A DNA stretch of 64,000 bases from Anaeromyxobacteraceae bacterium (lineage in GTDB: Bacteria; Myxococcota; Myxococcia; Myxococcales; Anaeromyxobacteraceae): positions 608,001-672,000 of the forward strand of contig JAULAX010000017.1 in the NCBI GenBank assembly GCA_032654565.1. Reading direction: 5' to 3'. Under the pieces are notes generated by a model. That model had not been told where the DNA came from. It saw nothing but the letters and a program-made list of their open reading frames with translations, and did no database searches. Each line of letters begins with the position of its first letter. Positions within the stretch are counted from its first letter, which is position 1. Position numbers and translations under genes: made by a program. Of this stretch, positions 37,642-46,827 are shown piece after piece.

Positions 37642-38457
37642 TCACAGCTCCCAGAGCGAGGCGCCGCGGCGCAGGTAGCCGCGCTCCACCGCCAGGCCGT
37701 CGAGCGCCAGCGTCGGCCAGTCGGCCAGGAAGACCGACTCCTCGCCCTCGCCGGTGTAGACCTTGAGGTAGCCCTTGCAGGCCTCGCAGACGTCGAGCCG
37801 CAAGCCGGCGGCCCCCTTCGACTCCAGCCGGGCCCGGCGTCCGGCGTCGCGGTTCCCGCAGTGCGGGCACCCCGGCGGCGCGTCCCGCCAGCGCGAGGTG
37901 CAGCAGCCGCAGACCAGGGTCCGCTCGCCGCCCCGCTGGTGCGCCATCATGGGGAGCGCCCCGCAGAGCGGGCAGCTCGAGCGCCCCCACCGCAGCCGGT
38001 TCCGCCAGGCGGTGAACGGCTCCAGGACCGGCGCCAGCACCCGCGCCATGGTCTTCCAGGCCAGCAGCTGCAGCAGCGCGGCCTGCACCGGCGCCGAGGC
38101 CGGCGAGGCCCCGTCGAGGAGCCAGCGGATGGCGGTGGCCCGGGCCTCGGCCCGGGCCAGCACGGCCTGGACCTCCTTCATCCCCTCGGCCAGCGGCGGG
38201 GGGAGCTTGGCCTCCACGGCCCGGTCGCAGGCCGGACCCAGCAGGTCGGCCGCCGCCGCGCGCAGCGCCGCGCCGTGGCTCTCGCCCAGCAGCAGCGCCA
38301 CGCCGCTCTCGTGCTCCTTCTGGTGGTCGGCCCAGGGCGCCAGCACCAGCGCCGGCGCCGGCACCGCCTCGGCGGCGCCGCGGACCAGCCCCTCGAAGCG
38401 CGCCAGCGGCACCAGGAAGGGGTTCTGCTTCAGCCAGCGCTGGAGCGCGAGATCCAT
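37642..38457 (-). CDS. fdhE: Formate dehydrogenase accessory protein FdhE
   Basis: CPLCGALP, CGCCTSRW, CPHCGN, DVCEACKGYLK, LD.LA.ERGY. Confidence 0.88.
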   Translation of the reverse strand: MDLALQRWLKQNPFLVPLARFEGLVRGAAEAVPAPALVLAPWADHQKEHESGVALLLGESHGAALRAAAADLLGPACDRAVEAKLPPPLAEGMKEVQAVLARAEARATAIRWLLDGASPASAPVQAALLQLLAWKTMARVLAPVLEPFTAWRNRLRWGRSSCPLCGALPMMAHQRGGERTLVCGCCTSRWRDAPPGCPHCGNRDAGRRARLESKGAAGLRLDVCEACKGYLKVYTGEGEESVFLADWPTLALDGLAVERGYLRRGASLWEL

Positions 38458-38532
38458 GCGGTTCGAGGTCTCCCTGCGGCGAGGGTCTGGATGTAGGACG
38501 TCGGGGGCGCCTGCGCGCTACAATCGCACGTC

Positions 38533-39678
38533 ATGGCCCCCCCGTGCAGCCCTTCCTCGCCCCGGCTCGCCCTGCCCCTGGTCCTGCTCCTCCTCGGCGC
38601 CGCCTGCGCCCGGCCGGCGGCGGCGGCCCCCGGCGCCGCGCCCCCCACCCCCGCCCCGCGGCTCCGCCCCACCCCGCTGGTCTCGCTGGGCGCCTGGACC
38701 ACCGGTTCCATGCCGGACACCGTCCGGCTGGTGGACGGCCGCTTCCGCGGCACCTCCTGGGGCGGCGGCAAGCCCACCGAGGCCCGGCCGGCCTGGGCCG
38801 CCATCCGGCTGCAGCGCAGCTACCGGCGGCTGCTCCTCACCTGGACCTCCTCGCACAACCACGACTACTTCGAGCAGTTCTACGGGGCCCCGCGCACCTA
38901 CCGGATCGAGACCAGCGCCGACTCCACCGACGGCGAGGACGGCCGCTGGACGGTGGCCGCCGAGGTCCGGGACAACCCGGCCCGCAGCCGGGCCCACGCC
39001 GTCCCCTTCGAGGGGCAGCGCTGGATCCGCATGGTGGTGACCGGCCTGCCGGAGAAGCTCAACGAGTGGGGGCTGTTCCTCGACGAGATCGAGCTGCACG
39101 ACCTCTCCGACGGCGGCAACGACACCTGGGTCTTCCTCGGCGACTCCATCACCGCCGGGGTCTTCGACCGGGCCGACGAGCGGCGCCCCTCCTTCGCCGA
39201 CAGCGTGGCGGTGCTCCACCCCGGCTACACCCCGGCCATGATCAACGCCGGCCTGCCCCGGCTGCGCAGCTGGGAGGCCATCGACCGGGTCGACGAGGTG
39301 CTGGCGCTCAACCCCGAGGCCACCGTGGTGGCCATCACCCTCGGCTCCAACGACGGCGACCTGGAGAAGCTGAAGGTGGCCCTGGGCGGGATCATCGACA
39401 AGGTCCAGGCGGCCGGGAAGATCCCGCTGCTGTCCCGCATCCCGTACCAGACCAAGTACGATCAGGACTACGTGGCGGTGAAGAACCAGGTGGTCGACCA
39501 GCTGGTCCGCGAGCGCGGGCTGCTCCCCGGCCCCGACCTCTACGGCTGGTTCAAGGCCCGCCCCGGCCGGCTCCACGACGGCCTCCACCCCGACGGCCCC
39601 GGGTCGGTGGACATGAGCCGCGAGTTCGCGCGCTCGGCGGCGCCGCTCTACCCGCCCTCCCCGTCCCGCGCCCCGTAG
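38533..39678 (+). CDS. SGNH/GDSL hydrolase lipoprotein with N-terminal discoidin/CBM-like domain
   Basis: LGAAC lipobox, FLGDSIT, GSND, DGLHP. Confidence 0.82.
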   Translation: MAPPCSPSSPRLALPLVLLLLGAACARPAAAAPGAAPPTPAPRLRPTPLVSLGAWTTGSMPDTVRLVDGRFRGTSWGGGKPTEARPAWAAIRLQRSYRRLLLTWTSSHNHDYFEQFYGAPRTYRIETSADSTDGEDGRWTVAAEVRDNPARSRAHAVPFEGQRWIRMVVTGLPEKLNEWGLFLDEIELHDLSDGGNDTWVFLGDSITAGVFDRADERRPSFADSVAVLHPGYTPAMINAGLPRLRSWEAIDRVDEVLALNPEATVVAITLGSNDGDLEKLKVALGGIIDKVQAAGKIPLLSRIPYQTKYDQDYVAVKNQVVDQLVRERGLLPGPDLYGWFKARPGRLHDGLHPDGPGSVDMSREFARSAAPLYPPSPSRAP

Positions 39679-39715
39679 CAGGCCACCGGCGCAGGGCGTG
39701 GCGGCGGCCCGGCCG

Positions 39716-41902
39716 CTACGACCCGCCGCCCGTCGTGATGGTCCAGCCGCCCGGCTGCTGGAAGGGCCAGAGGTGCTGGGCGCGGGCCACCGCCAGGGCC
39801 AATAGCGCCGCCGCCAGCAGCAGGTACAGGAGGCGCCGTCGCTGCCTGGACCGGTGATCCTCGAAGGGATCCTCCAGCGAGCGCCGCGCCCCCGGCGGCA
39901 GCCGGGCCACGTCGGTGAGCGCCGTGCCGAGCGGGAGGTTGACCCGGATGCGGCCGTTGATGGCCCACCCGGTGGCGTCGAGCAGCGGCCCCAGCGTCCG
40001 CTGGCGCAGCTTGAGCCAGGCGATCAGCATCGAGGAGCCGGAGATGATCCCCACCACCCCGCCCACCGCCACCAGCTTGGCCCACCAGGGCTGCAGCCCC
40101 ATGAAGCCGGCCACGAAGCCGCCCAGCATGGTGGCCACGGCGCCGACGCCGACGCCGAGGGCGGCGATGATGCCGACCATCCTCCCCACGTCCACGGGGG
40201 GCGGCGCCACCGGGGGCGCCCCGATCACCGGGGCGGCCGCGGCGGTGGCCGCCAGCCTGGCGTCCGACTCCTTCTCCTTGGCGGCGGCGAACCGGGCCAC
40301 CTGCTGCTCGACCATGCGGATGAACTTCTTGTAGGGGGAGGCGAAGGCCTGCCCCAGCGAGATGGGGTTCTCCACCAGCCGGAGCACGGTGGCGTCCCAG
40401 TCGCGCCCCCGCCGGTCGTAGAAGATGCCGTGGCGCCCCACCGCCAGGAAGTCGGAGTCGCCGCGGGTGAAGCAGGCGGCGATCTTCATGGTCTCGCCGC
40501 CGGTCCGCCGCAGCTCGCAGTAGGCGATGAACAGCTGGGAGCCCATGGCCAGCGGGGCGTGGGCGGCCGGGTCGGCCACCCGGATGCAGAGGTCGCAGGA
40601 GCGGCCGTCGAGGTAGAGGGTGCCGGCCTGGAAGATGGCCGCCCGCCCCGGGGCGTAGAAGTCGGCGAAGTTGACGAAGTTGCGCAGCAGCAGCGCCAGG
40701 TCCCGGTGGCAGTGGACCAGCCGGGCCACGTCGGCCACCGCGGTGGTGACCGCCTGCAGCGTCTCGTCCTCGGCGATGAGCCGCGCGATGGCGGCGCCGG
40801 CCTCGCTGGCCAGCAGCTCGCGCACCCGGGCCGGCCCGAGCTGCACCACCCGCCCGGCCGGCTGCCGGGCCATCCAGGCCTGGCAGGGGGCCAGCCGGGC
40901 CTGCAGCTCCACCCAGTCCGCCTCGGTGAGCGAGGCCCGGGCGCCTCCGAAGACCGCCGTCACCGCGGTGTCGCGCAGCCGGCGCAGCGGCTCCACCCAG
41001 GCCGGGTTGACCCCGCCCCCCAGCGGCAGCGCCCGCCCGGCCTCGGCCCGGGCCACCGGAAAGGCCGCCAGCTCGGCGCTGCCGACGCCCAGCGGCCGGG
41101 CCGCCAGCGCCCGGTACTCCTCCTCGGTCCGGTTGAGCAGCGAGACCCCGCGCGGGTCCATGGCCGCCAGCCGGCAGCGGGCGAAGTAGTCGTCCAGCTT
41201 CTCACGCACCGCGCCGACCGCGTCCCAGGCGGCGCCGGTGGCGTCGCCGAAGACCAGCGCGCCGGAGGCCGCCCCCTCCTCCTGCCAGGCCTGGAAGGCG
41301 GCCAGCTCGGCGAGGAAGGCGGCCAGCCGCGGCCGGTCGAGGCCGGGCCGGCCGTTGCGCCCGGTCACCGGGTCGACGCACCGCAGGGCGTCGACGATGG
41401 CCTGCCGGGTGGCGTCGTCTTCGCCGGCCTGCTCCGGGGGGACCACGCCGTCGCCGTCGAGCACCGCCCCGTCGAAGACGTGGGAGAGGTCCTTGACGTC
41501 GTCGGGCGTCAGGCTGGTGGCGGTCGGCTTGCCCAGGCTGGCGAGCACCCAGCCGGCGGCGGCCTGGAGCGCCTTCCCCTCCGGCGTCCGCGCCGTGATC
41601 GCCGAGAGCGGCAGGGCCGCCTCGCCCGCCAGCAGCGACCCGAGATCCTCGAGCCGCGCCTCGCAGAAGGCCAGCGCCTCCAGCAGCTCGGGGGCCCGCA
41701 CCCGGCCGTCGTGGTCCAGGTCGAGCAGCTCCAGCGTCCGCTGGTCCAGCTCCAGCCCGGTCACCGGGCAGGAGAGCGCCACCCAGAGCTTCTGGTCGAG
41801 CCGGTGAAGGTTCTGCAGGTCGGCGGCGGTCTCCAGCGATACCTGGTCGAGGCCGCCGACCCGGTGGAACTGCCAGCGGTGCGGCGCGGTGGTTTCGGGC
41901 AT
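39716..41902 (-). CDS. Large hypothetical membrane protein with EF-hand-like loop
   Basis: DQKLWVALSCP, DLDHDGRVRAPE, LLRNFVNFADFY, C-terminal TMs, LDATGWAIN. Confidence 0.8.
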   Translation of the reverse strand: MPETTAPHRWQFHRVGGLDQVSLETAADLQNLHRLDQKLWVALSCPVTGLELDQRTLELLDLDHDGRVRAPELLEALAFCEARLEDLGSLLAGEAALPLSAITARTPEGKALQAAAGWVLASLGKPTATSLTPDDVKDLSHVFDGAVLDGDGVVPPEQAGEDDATRQAIVDALRCVDPVTGRNGRPGLDRPRLAAFLAELAAFQAWQEEGAASGALVFGDATGAAWDAVGAVREKLDDYFARCRLAAMDPRGVSLLNRTEEEYRALAARPLGVGSAELAAFPVARAEAGRALPLGGGVNPAWVEPLRRLRDTAVTAVFGGARASLTEADWVELQARLAPCQAWMARQPAGRVVQLGPARVRELLASEAGAAIARLIAEDETLQAVTTAVADVARLVHCHRDLALLLRNFVNFADFYAPGRAAIFQAGTLYLDGRSCDLCIRVADPAAHAPLAMGSQLFIAYCELRRTGGETMKIAACFTRGDSDFLAVGRHGIFYDRRGRDWDATVLRLVENPISLGQAFASPYKKFIRMVEQQVARFAAAKEKESDARLAATAAAAPVIGAPPVAPPPVDVGRMVGIIAALGVGVGAVATMLGGFVAGFMGLQPWWAKLVAVGGVVGIISGSSMLIAWLKLRQRTLGPLLDATGWAINGRIRVNLPLGTALTDVARLPPGARRSLEDPFEDHRSRQRRRLLYLLLAAALLALAVARAQHLWPFQQPGGWTITTGGGS

Positions 41903-42036
41903 GGCCAGATCGTGTCCTCCCGGCGCGCCCTGTCCAGCACTTCCTGCGTTCCCGGGCGGGCCAGGTCTCGGAAAGGGCCCCTCCGGCGGGCCCTTTCCTT
42001 GCACGCGCCGACCGCGAATGAGAGGGTGCGGCCCAT

Positions 42037-42804
42037 ATGAAGCGCGAAAGCCACGATCAACGCATCGCCTTGTTCATCGACTTCGAGAACCTGGTCACCC
42101 GCACCGGCCACTCGGCCGACAACTTCGACCTCCAGCCGGCGCTCGACACGCTGCTGGAGAAGGGCAAGGTGGTCTACCGCCGGGCCTACGCCGACTGGAC
42201 CCGCTTCACCGCCGCCACCCAGCGGCTCCACGACAAGGGGGTCGAGCTGATCGACGTGCCCCCCTCCACCCGGGCCGGCAAGAACGGCGCCGACGTGCGG
42301 CTGGTGATCGACGCCCTCGAGCTCTGCTACCTGCGCGAGCACATCGACACCTTCGTGCTGGCCTCCGGCGACTCCGACTTCTGCCCGCTGGCCTACAAGC
42401 TGCGCGAGAACGACCGGACCGTGATCGGCATGGCGGTGAAGGAGGCCACCAGCCCGCTCTTCGTCAAGGCCTGCGACGAGTTCATCTACCTGCGGGCCCC
42501 GACCCGGCGGCGCGAGGCCTCCGACCCGGCGCCGCGCGAGAAGGCCCCATCCCCCAAGGAGAAGGTCATCCCGGAGATCGCCAAGGAGGCGACCGCCGCG
42601 CTGCTCTCCAAGGCCACCGCCCCCATCAACCCCTCGGCCATCAAGGCCGCCATCGTCCGCCGCGAGCCCGACTTCGACGAGCGCGACCACGGCTTCTCCT
42701 CCTTCTCCCGCCTGCTCGAGGCCATGGAGACGGCCGGCCTGCTGCGGCGCGAGCAGGGGGCCAAGGGGCAGTGGTACGTGCTGGCCCCGGCCGAAGCGTC
42801 GTAA
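42037..42804 (+). CDS. NYN-domain (LabA/DUF88) protein with C-terminal OST-HTH/LOTUS
   Basis: ALFIDFEN, RAYADW, KNGADVRLVID, SGDSDF, PDFDERDHGFSSFSRLLE. Confidence 0.92.
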   Translation: MKRESHDQRIALFIDFENLVTRTGHSADNFDLQPALDTLLEKGKVVYRRAYADWTRFTAATQRLHDKGVELIDVPPSTRAGKNGADVRLVIDALELCYLREHIDTFVLASGDSDFCPLAYKLRENDRTVIGMAVKEATSPLFVKACDEFIYLRAPTRRREASDPAPREKAPSPKEKVIPEIAKEATAALLSKATAPINPSAIKAAIVRREPDFDERDHGFSSFSRLLEAMETAGLLRREQGAKGQWYVLAPAEAS

Positions 42805-42874
42805 CGCCGCGGGACCACGCCCCGTGACGGGGCGGTGACGGGGCCCCGGCACCATGCCGCGCCAGGAGCCCCCG

Positions 42875-44650
42875 ATGACCCGCCTCCCCGTCCACCGCTT
42901 CGCCGACCGCACCCTCCCCGCCCAGCTGGTCCGCACCGTCCAGCGGGCCGGGGATCGGCCCTTCCTCCACTTCTTCGACCCGGCCCTCCCCGAGGCGCCG
43001 CCGCGCCTGGTCAGCTACGCCGCCTTCCGGGAGCTCACCGCCCGGGCGGCGACGCTGCTGGCGCAGAGCGGACTGGCCCCCGGCGAGCGGGTGCTGCTGC
43101 TGGCCGAGAACTCCCCGGAGTGGCTGGCGGTGTCGCTGGCCGCCCAGGCCCTGCGCGCCGAGCCGGCCGGGCTCTTCTCGGTGCTCTCCGCCGAGACCTG
43201 CGAGTCGATCGCCCGCCGGGTGGGGCCACGGGTGATCTACGTCTCCACCGAGGCCCAGTGGCGCAAGCTGGCGCCGGCCGCCGCCGACCTGGTGGCCGCC
43301 GGGCTGCGCACCGTGCTCTCCCACCAGCCGCTCCCCCCCGCCACCCTGCCCGCCGGGCTGCGGGCCGTCACCGTGGCCGAGGCGCTGGGCGAGCGGGCCA
43401 CGCCGCTGGCCGACTTCGACGCCCGCGCCGCCGCGGTGACCGAGGACGACCCCTTCCTGCTCCTCTTCACCAGCGGCACCACCGGCCGGCAGAAGGGGGT
43501 GCGGCTCTGCCAGCGCACCATCACCACCGCCGTCGACTGCGGCGCCGGCGGCTGCGAGACCACCGCCGACGACCTCGGCCTGCACCTGCTCCCCTTCGGC
43601 CACATCGCCGGCCACGACCAGCTCTGCCTGGCCCTGGCCCAGGGGCACGCCCTGGCCATGATCGCCCGCAAGGAGGACGTGCCGCGGGCGCTGGCCCTCT
43701 CCCCCACCTACGTCTTCTCGGTGCCGCTGGTCTACGAGCGGATCCGCAACCAGGCGCTGGCCTCGATCGCCCGGATGGCCTGGCCGCTGCGCCGGCTGCT
43801 CGAGGCCGGCCTGGCGGCCGCGGCCCGGGTGGCGGTGGACGGGTCTCGCGCCCCCCTCGACCGCCTGCTCGGCGCCGTGGCCTCGGCGCTGGTGGGCGGC
43901 AAGGTCCGGCGCGGGCTGGGCGGGCGGGTGCGCGGCCTCTTCTCCGGCGGCGCCCCGGCGGCGGCGGCGCTGTTCCGCTTCTTCGAGGGGCTGGGCATCC
44001 CCTTCGTCGAGCTCTACGGCATGACCGAGACCGCCGGGCTGGTCTCCATGAACCCGCTCAGCGGCCCCCGCCGCGCCGGCTCGGTCGGCCTCATCACCCC
44101 CGACCACCAGGTCCGGCTGGCCGACGACGGCGAGCTGCAGGTGCGCGGGCCGCTGCTGCTCACCAGCTACCTCGAGCCCGAGGACAACGTCGGGGCCTTC
44201 ACCGACGACGGCTACTACCGGACCGGCGACATCGCCCGTATCGACGCCGACGGCGCCCTCTGGATCACCGGGCGGAAGAAGGCCCTCATGGTCCTCTCCA
44301 CCGGCAAGAAGATCGCGCCGGAGCCGGTGGAGCTGGCCATCGCCTCGACGCCGCCCTTCCAGGGGGCGGTGCTGCTCGGCGAGGGGCGCCCCTACGTGAC
44401 CGCGGCGGTCTTCGTGGCCACCGAGGAGCTGACCCGGCTGGCGGCCACCGGCGAGGAGACGCCGGCGGCCCTGCTGGCCGGGCTGGGCGCGGCGCTGGCC
44501 GGCTTCTCCGACCACGAGAAGCCGAAGAAGCTGCTGGTGGTGGCCGGCGCCCCCACCGACTACCCGGAGCTGGTGACCCCGACCCTCAAGGTGAAGCGGG
44601 ACGCCCTGCTCGCCTTCCTGGGGGCGCGGGTGGCGGCGCTGTACCAGTAG
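42875..44650 (+). CDS. Long-chain fatty acid-CoA ligase (AMP-binding)
   Basis: FTSGTTGRQKG, YGMTE, YRTGD, GRKK, TPTLKVKR. Confidence 0.9.
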   Translation: MTRLPVHRFADRTLPAQLVRTVQRAGDRPFLHFFDPALPEAPPRLVSYAAFRELTARAATLLAQSGLAPGERVLLLAENSPEWLAVSLAAQALRAEPAGLFSVLSAETCESIARRVGPRVIYVSTEAQWRKLAPAAADLVAAGLRTVLSHQPLPPATLPAGLRAVTVAEALGERATPLADFDARAAAVTEDDPFLLLFTSGTTGRQKGVRLCQRTITTAVDCGAGGCETTADDLGLHLLPFGHIAGHDQLCLALAQGHALAMIARKEDVPRALALSPTYVFSVPLVYERIRNQALASIARMAWPLRRLLEAGLAAAARVAVDGSRAPLDRLLGAVASALVGGKVRRGLGGRVRGLFSGGAPAAAALFRFFEGLGIPFVELYGMTETAGLVSMNPLSGPRRAGSVGLITPDHQVRLADDGELQVRGPLLLTSYLEPEDNVGAFTDDGYYRTGDIARIDADGALWITGRKKALMVLSTGKKIAPEPVELAIASTPPFQGAVLLGEGRPYVTAAVFVATEELTRLAATGEETPAALLAGLGAALAGFSDHEKPKKLLVVAGAPTDYPELVTPTLKVKRDALLAFLGARVAALYQ

Positions 44651-44665
44651 CGCCGCGCCGTCGCC

Positions 44666-45325
44666 TCAGCCGTCGCCGCTCTCGTCCGGCAGCCCGCCCG
44701 GGTCGAGCGGCTCGGTCGGCGCCGTCCAGCCCGGCCGGTGCCGCGGGCTGCGCCGCGCTCCCTGGGCGCAGGCCAGCTGCAGCTCCACCGCCCGCCGGAA
44801 GGCCAGCCGCAGCGGGGCGTACTTGTCCGGCTCACGCTCCAGCGCCGCCAGGGCCTCGGCCACCGCGTCGATGGTGGCCAGGTGGCCATCCTCCGGCTCG
44901 CGGCGCAGCCCCTGGTAGCTGCTCGGCGCCGCCGCCACCACCCCGACGCGCGGCAGGGCGGCGATGGCCGGGTTGGCGCGGAGCATCTTCAGCGCCTGCG
45001 GCCAGTTGCCGTCGATGACCAGCAGCGTGGCCGGCGGCGAGGTGGCCAGCGCGGCAGCGGGCGTCGAGCCGGGGCCGGGGAAGAGCAGCGCCGTGCCCGG
45101 CGCGGCGCAGAGCTCCCGCACCCGCGGGTGCTCCCCGAAGCGGACCCCCTGGTGCAGCTCCGAGCCGGCCAGCGCCACGTGGGTGAGCCGGGCCGAGCAG
45201 ATGGAGAGCCGCGCCTCGCGGGGGTGCTGCAGGATGACCACCCGGATCCGCGGGGTCAGCGTCGGCAACAGGTCGCAGACGCAGAAGGCCTCGGGGCGCA
45301 GGCAGCGGCGGCAGTCGGCGCGCAC
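44666..45325 (-). CDS. DTW-domain tRNA-uridine aminocarboxypropyltransferase
   Basis: CRRCLRP..FCVC, ILQHPRE, ALLFPG, VIDGNW, LATIDA. Confidence 0.88.
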   Translation of the reverse strand: MRADCRRCLRPEAFCVCDLLPTLTPRIRVVILQHPREARLSICSARLTHVALAGSELHQGVRFGEHPRVRELCAAPGTALLFPGPGSTPAAALATSPPATLLVIDGNWPQALKMLRANPAIAALPRVGVVAAAPSSYQGLRREPEDGHLATIDAVAEALAALEREPDKYAPLRLAFRRAVELQLACAQGARRSPRHRPGWTAPTEPLDPGGLPDESGDG

Positions 45326-45338
45326 GGCGGGCTCCGGC

Positions 45339-45782
45339 CTAGCGCTGGACCAGGAAGACGCCGGCCGCCAGCAGGGCCACGCCGGCCAGCCGCCCCGGGG
45401 TGACCTCGCGGGTGGCCAGCCCCAGCGCGCCGGTGTGGTCGAGGGCCAGCGCCGAGAGCAGCTGGCCGGCCAGGATGACCGCCAGCGAGGTGGCCACCCC
45501 CAGCCGCGGCGTCAGCACCACCGTGGAGAAGACGAAGAACGCCCCCAGGGCCCCGCCGGTCCAGCTCCACCACGGGGCGGCCGAGAGCTGGGCGGCGGAG
45601 GGGAGCGGCGTCCGCCGCACCAGCAGGACCAGGGCGATGGCGGCGGTGCCGACGCCGAAGCTGACCAGGGTGGCCCACTCGGGGCGCCCCAGGTGCTGTC
45701 GGAGGGCCGAGTTGAGGCTGGCCTGGACCGGGATGCCTGAGCCGGCCAGCAGGCCGAGCAGGACGAGCAGGAGGGTCTCCAT
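45339..45782 (-). CDS. DMT-superfamily transporter (YdcZ/DUF606)
   Basis: QASLNSAL, PWWSWTGGALGA, GQLLSALALDHTG. Confidence 0.9.
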   Translation of the reverse strand: METLLLVLLGLLAGSGIPVQASLNSALRQHLGRPEWATLVSFGVGTAAIALVLLVRRTPLPSAAQLSAAPWWSWTGGALGAFFVFSTVVLTPRLGVATSLAVILAGQLLSALALDHTGALGLATREVTPGRLAGVALLAAGVFLVQR

Positions 45783-45924
45783 CCCGTCCTTCTACCCCAC
45801 ATCCGCCCACACCGGACCCCGGGGACGCGGCGTCACGCCGCGCCGGCCGGTCGGTGACTTTCCGGTGCCAATGTCAGTCCCCTTGAGTAGGGTGCGCCGT
45901 CGTCCACTTCCAACCGAGGAACGA

Positions 45925-46734
45925 ATGCCCCTCCACCGCGTGAAGTCGTCCGCCGTCCGCCTGCTGGCCGCCCTCTCCCTCGCCGCGCTGCTGGCCCCCG
46001 CCGCAGCCCAGGCCGAGTTCGGGACCACCAACATCCAGGTCCTGCAGGGCTACAAGTTCAACGACAACCTGCTCGGCTACGACACCCGCTCGGGCACCAT
46101 GACCACCGTCACGCTGAACCACTTCAGCACCTGGAAGTACGGCGACAACTTCCTCTTCGCCGACTTCTACCGGGGCAACTTCAAGGACGGCAAGGGCGCC
46201 AGCATCTACGGCGAGTGGCACCCCCGCCTCTTCCTCAACAAGCTCGGCGCCCCGACCGGCGGCTTCGTCAAGAACTGGGGCATCGCCGGCGAGATCAACA
46301 ACGGCCCGGCCTTCCAGGCGGTCATGGCCGGCCTCGGGCTGGACCTCGCCATCCCCGGCTTCCAGGTGGCCGGCCTCAACGTCTATTACCGGTACGACAC
46401 GGTCTTCATCCCCGGCGTCACCCGGATCGACACCAACACCTGGCAGATCTCGCCCTTCTGGGACCTCCCCTTCAAGATCGGCCCGACCAGCTGGACCTTC
46501 ACCGGCTTCCTCGACCTGACCACCAACCACGACAAGAAGCTCGACCTGATGACCCAGCCGCAGCTGCTGCTCGACGTCGGCGCCTTCTACGGCAACCCGG
46601 GCAAGTTCCACGCCGGCGTGGAGCTCTACATCCACCAGTACGAGAACTTCGCCTTCCTCGGCGGCGGCACCAAGACGGTCTTCGCCCCCCAGGTGATGAT
46701 CCAGTGGACGCCCTTCACCGCGTTCGTCCCGTAG
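45925..46734 (+). CDS. Tsx/OmpK-like nucleoside-specific outer-membrane channel
   Basis: Signal peptide, WKYGDNFLFAD, YGEWHPR, QPQLLLD, PQVMIQW. Sits upstream of the uracil permease. Confidence 0.78.
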   Translation: MPLHRVKSSAVRLLAALSLAALLAPAAAQAEFGTTNIQVLQGYKFNDNLLGYDTRSGTMTTVTLNHFSTWKYGDNFLFADFYRGNFKDGKGASIYGEWHPRLFLNKLGAPTGGFVKNWGIAGEINNGPAFQAVMAGLGLDLAIPGFQVAGLNVYYRYDTVFIPGVTRIDTNTWQISPFWDLPFKIGPTSWTFTGFLDLTTNHDKKLDLMTQPQLLLDVGAFYGNPGKFHAGVELYIHQYENFAFLGGGTKTVFAPQVMIQWTPFTAFVP

Positions 46735-46827
46735 CCGGCCTCACCCCCTGAAGCTCCTCGGCGACCATCGGGCCACCCGGTGGTCGCCTTTCCACATCCA
46801 CGCCTGAACCTCCCCGGGGTACCACCC

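Noticed and set aside
44995..45020. DGNW instead of DxTW in the DTW protein as a sign of inactivation
   Set aside because: All other motifs are intact and, to my recollection, this variant occurs in the family. No basis for calling it a pseudogene.
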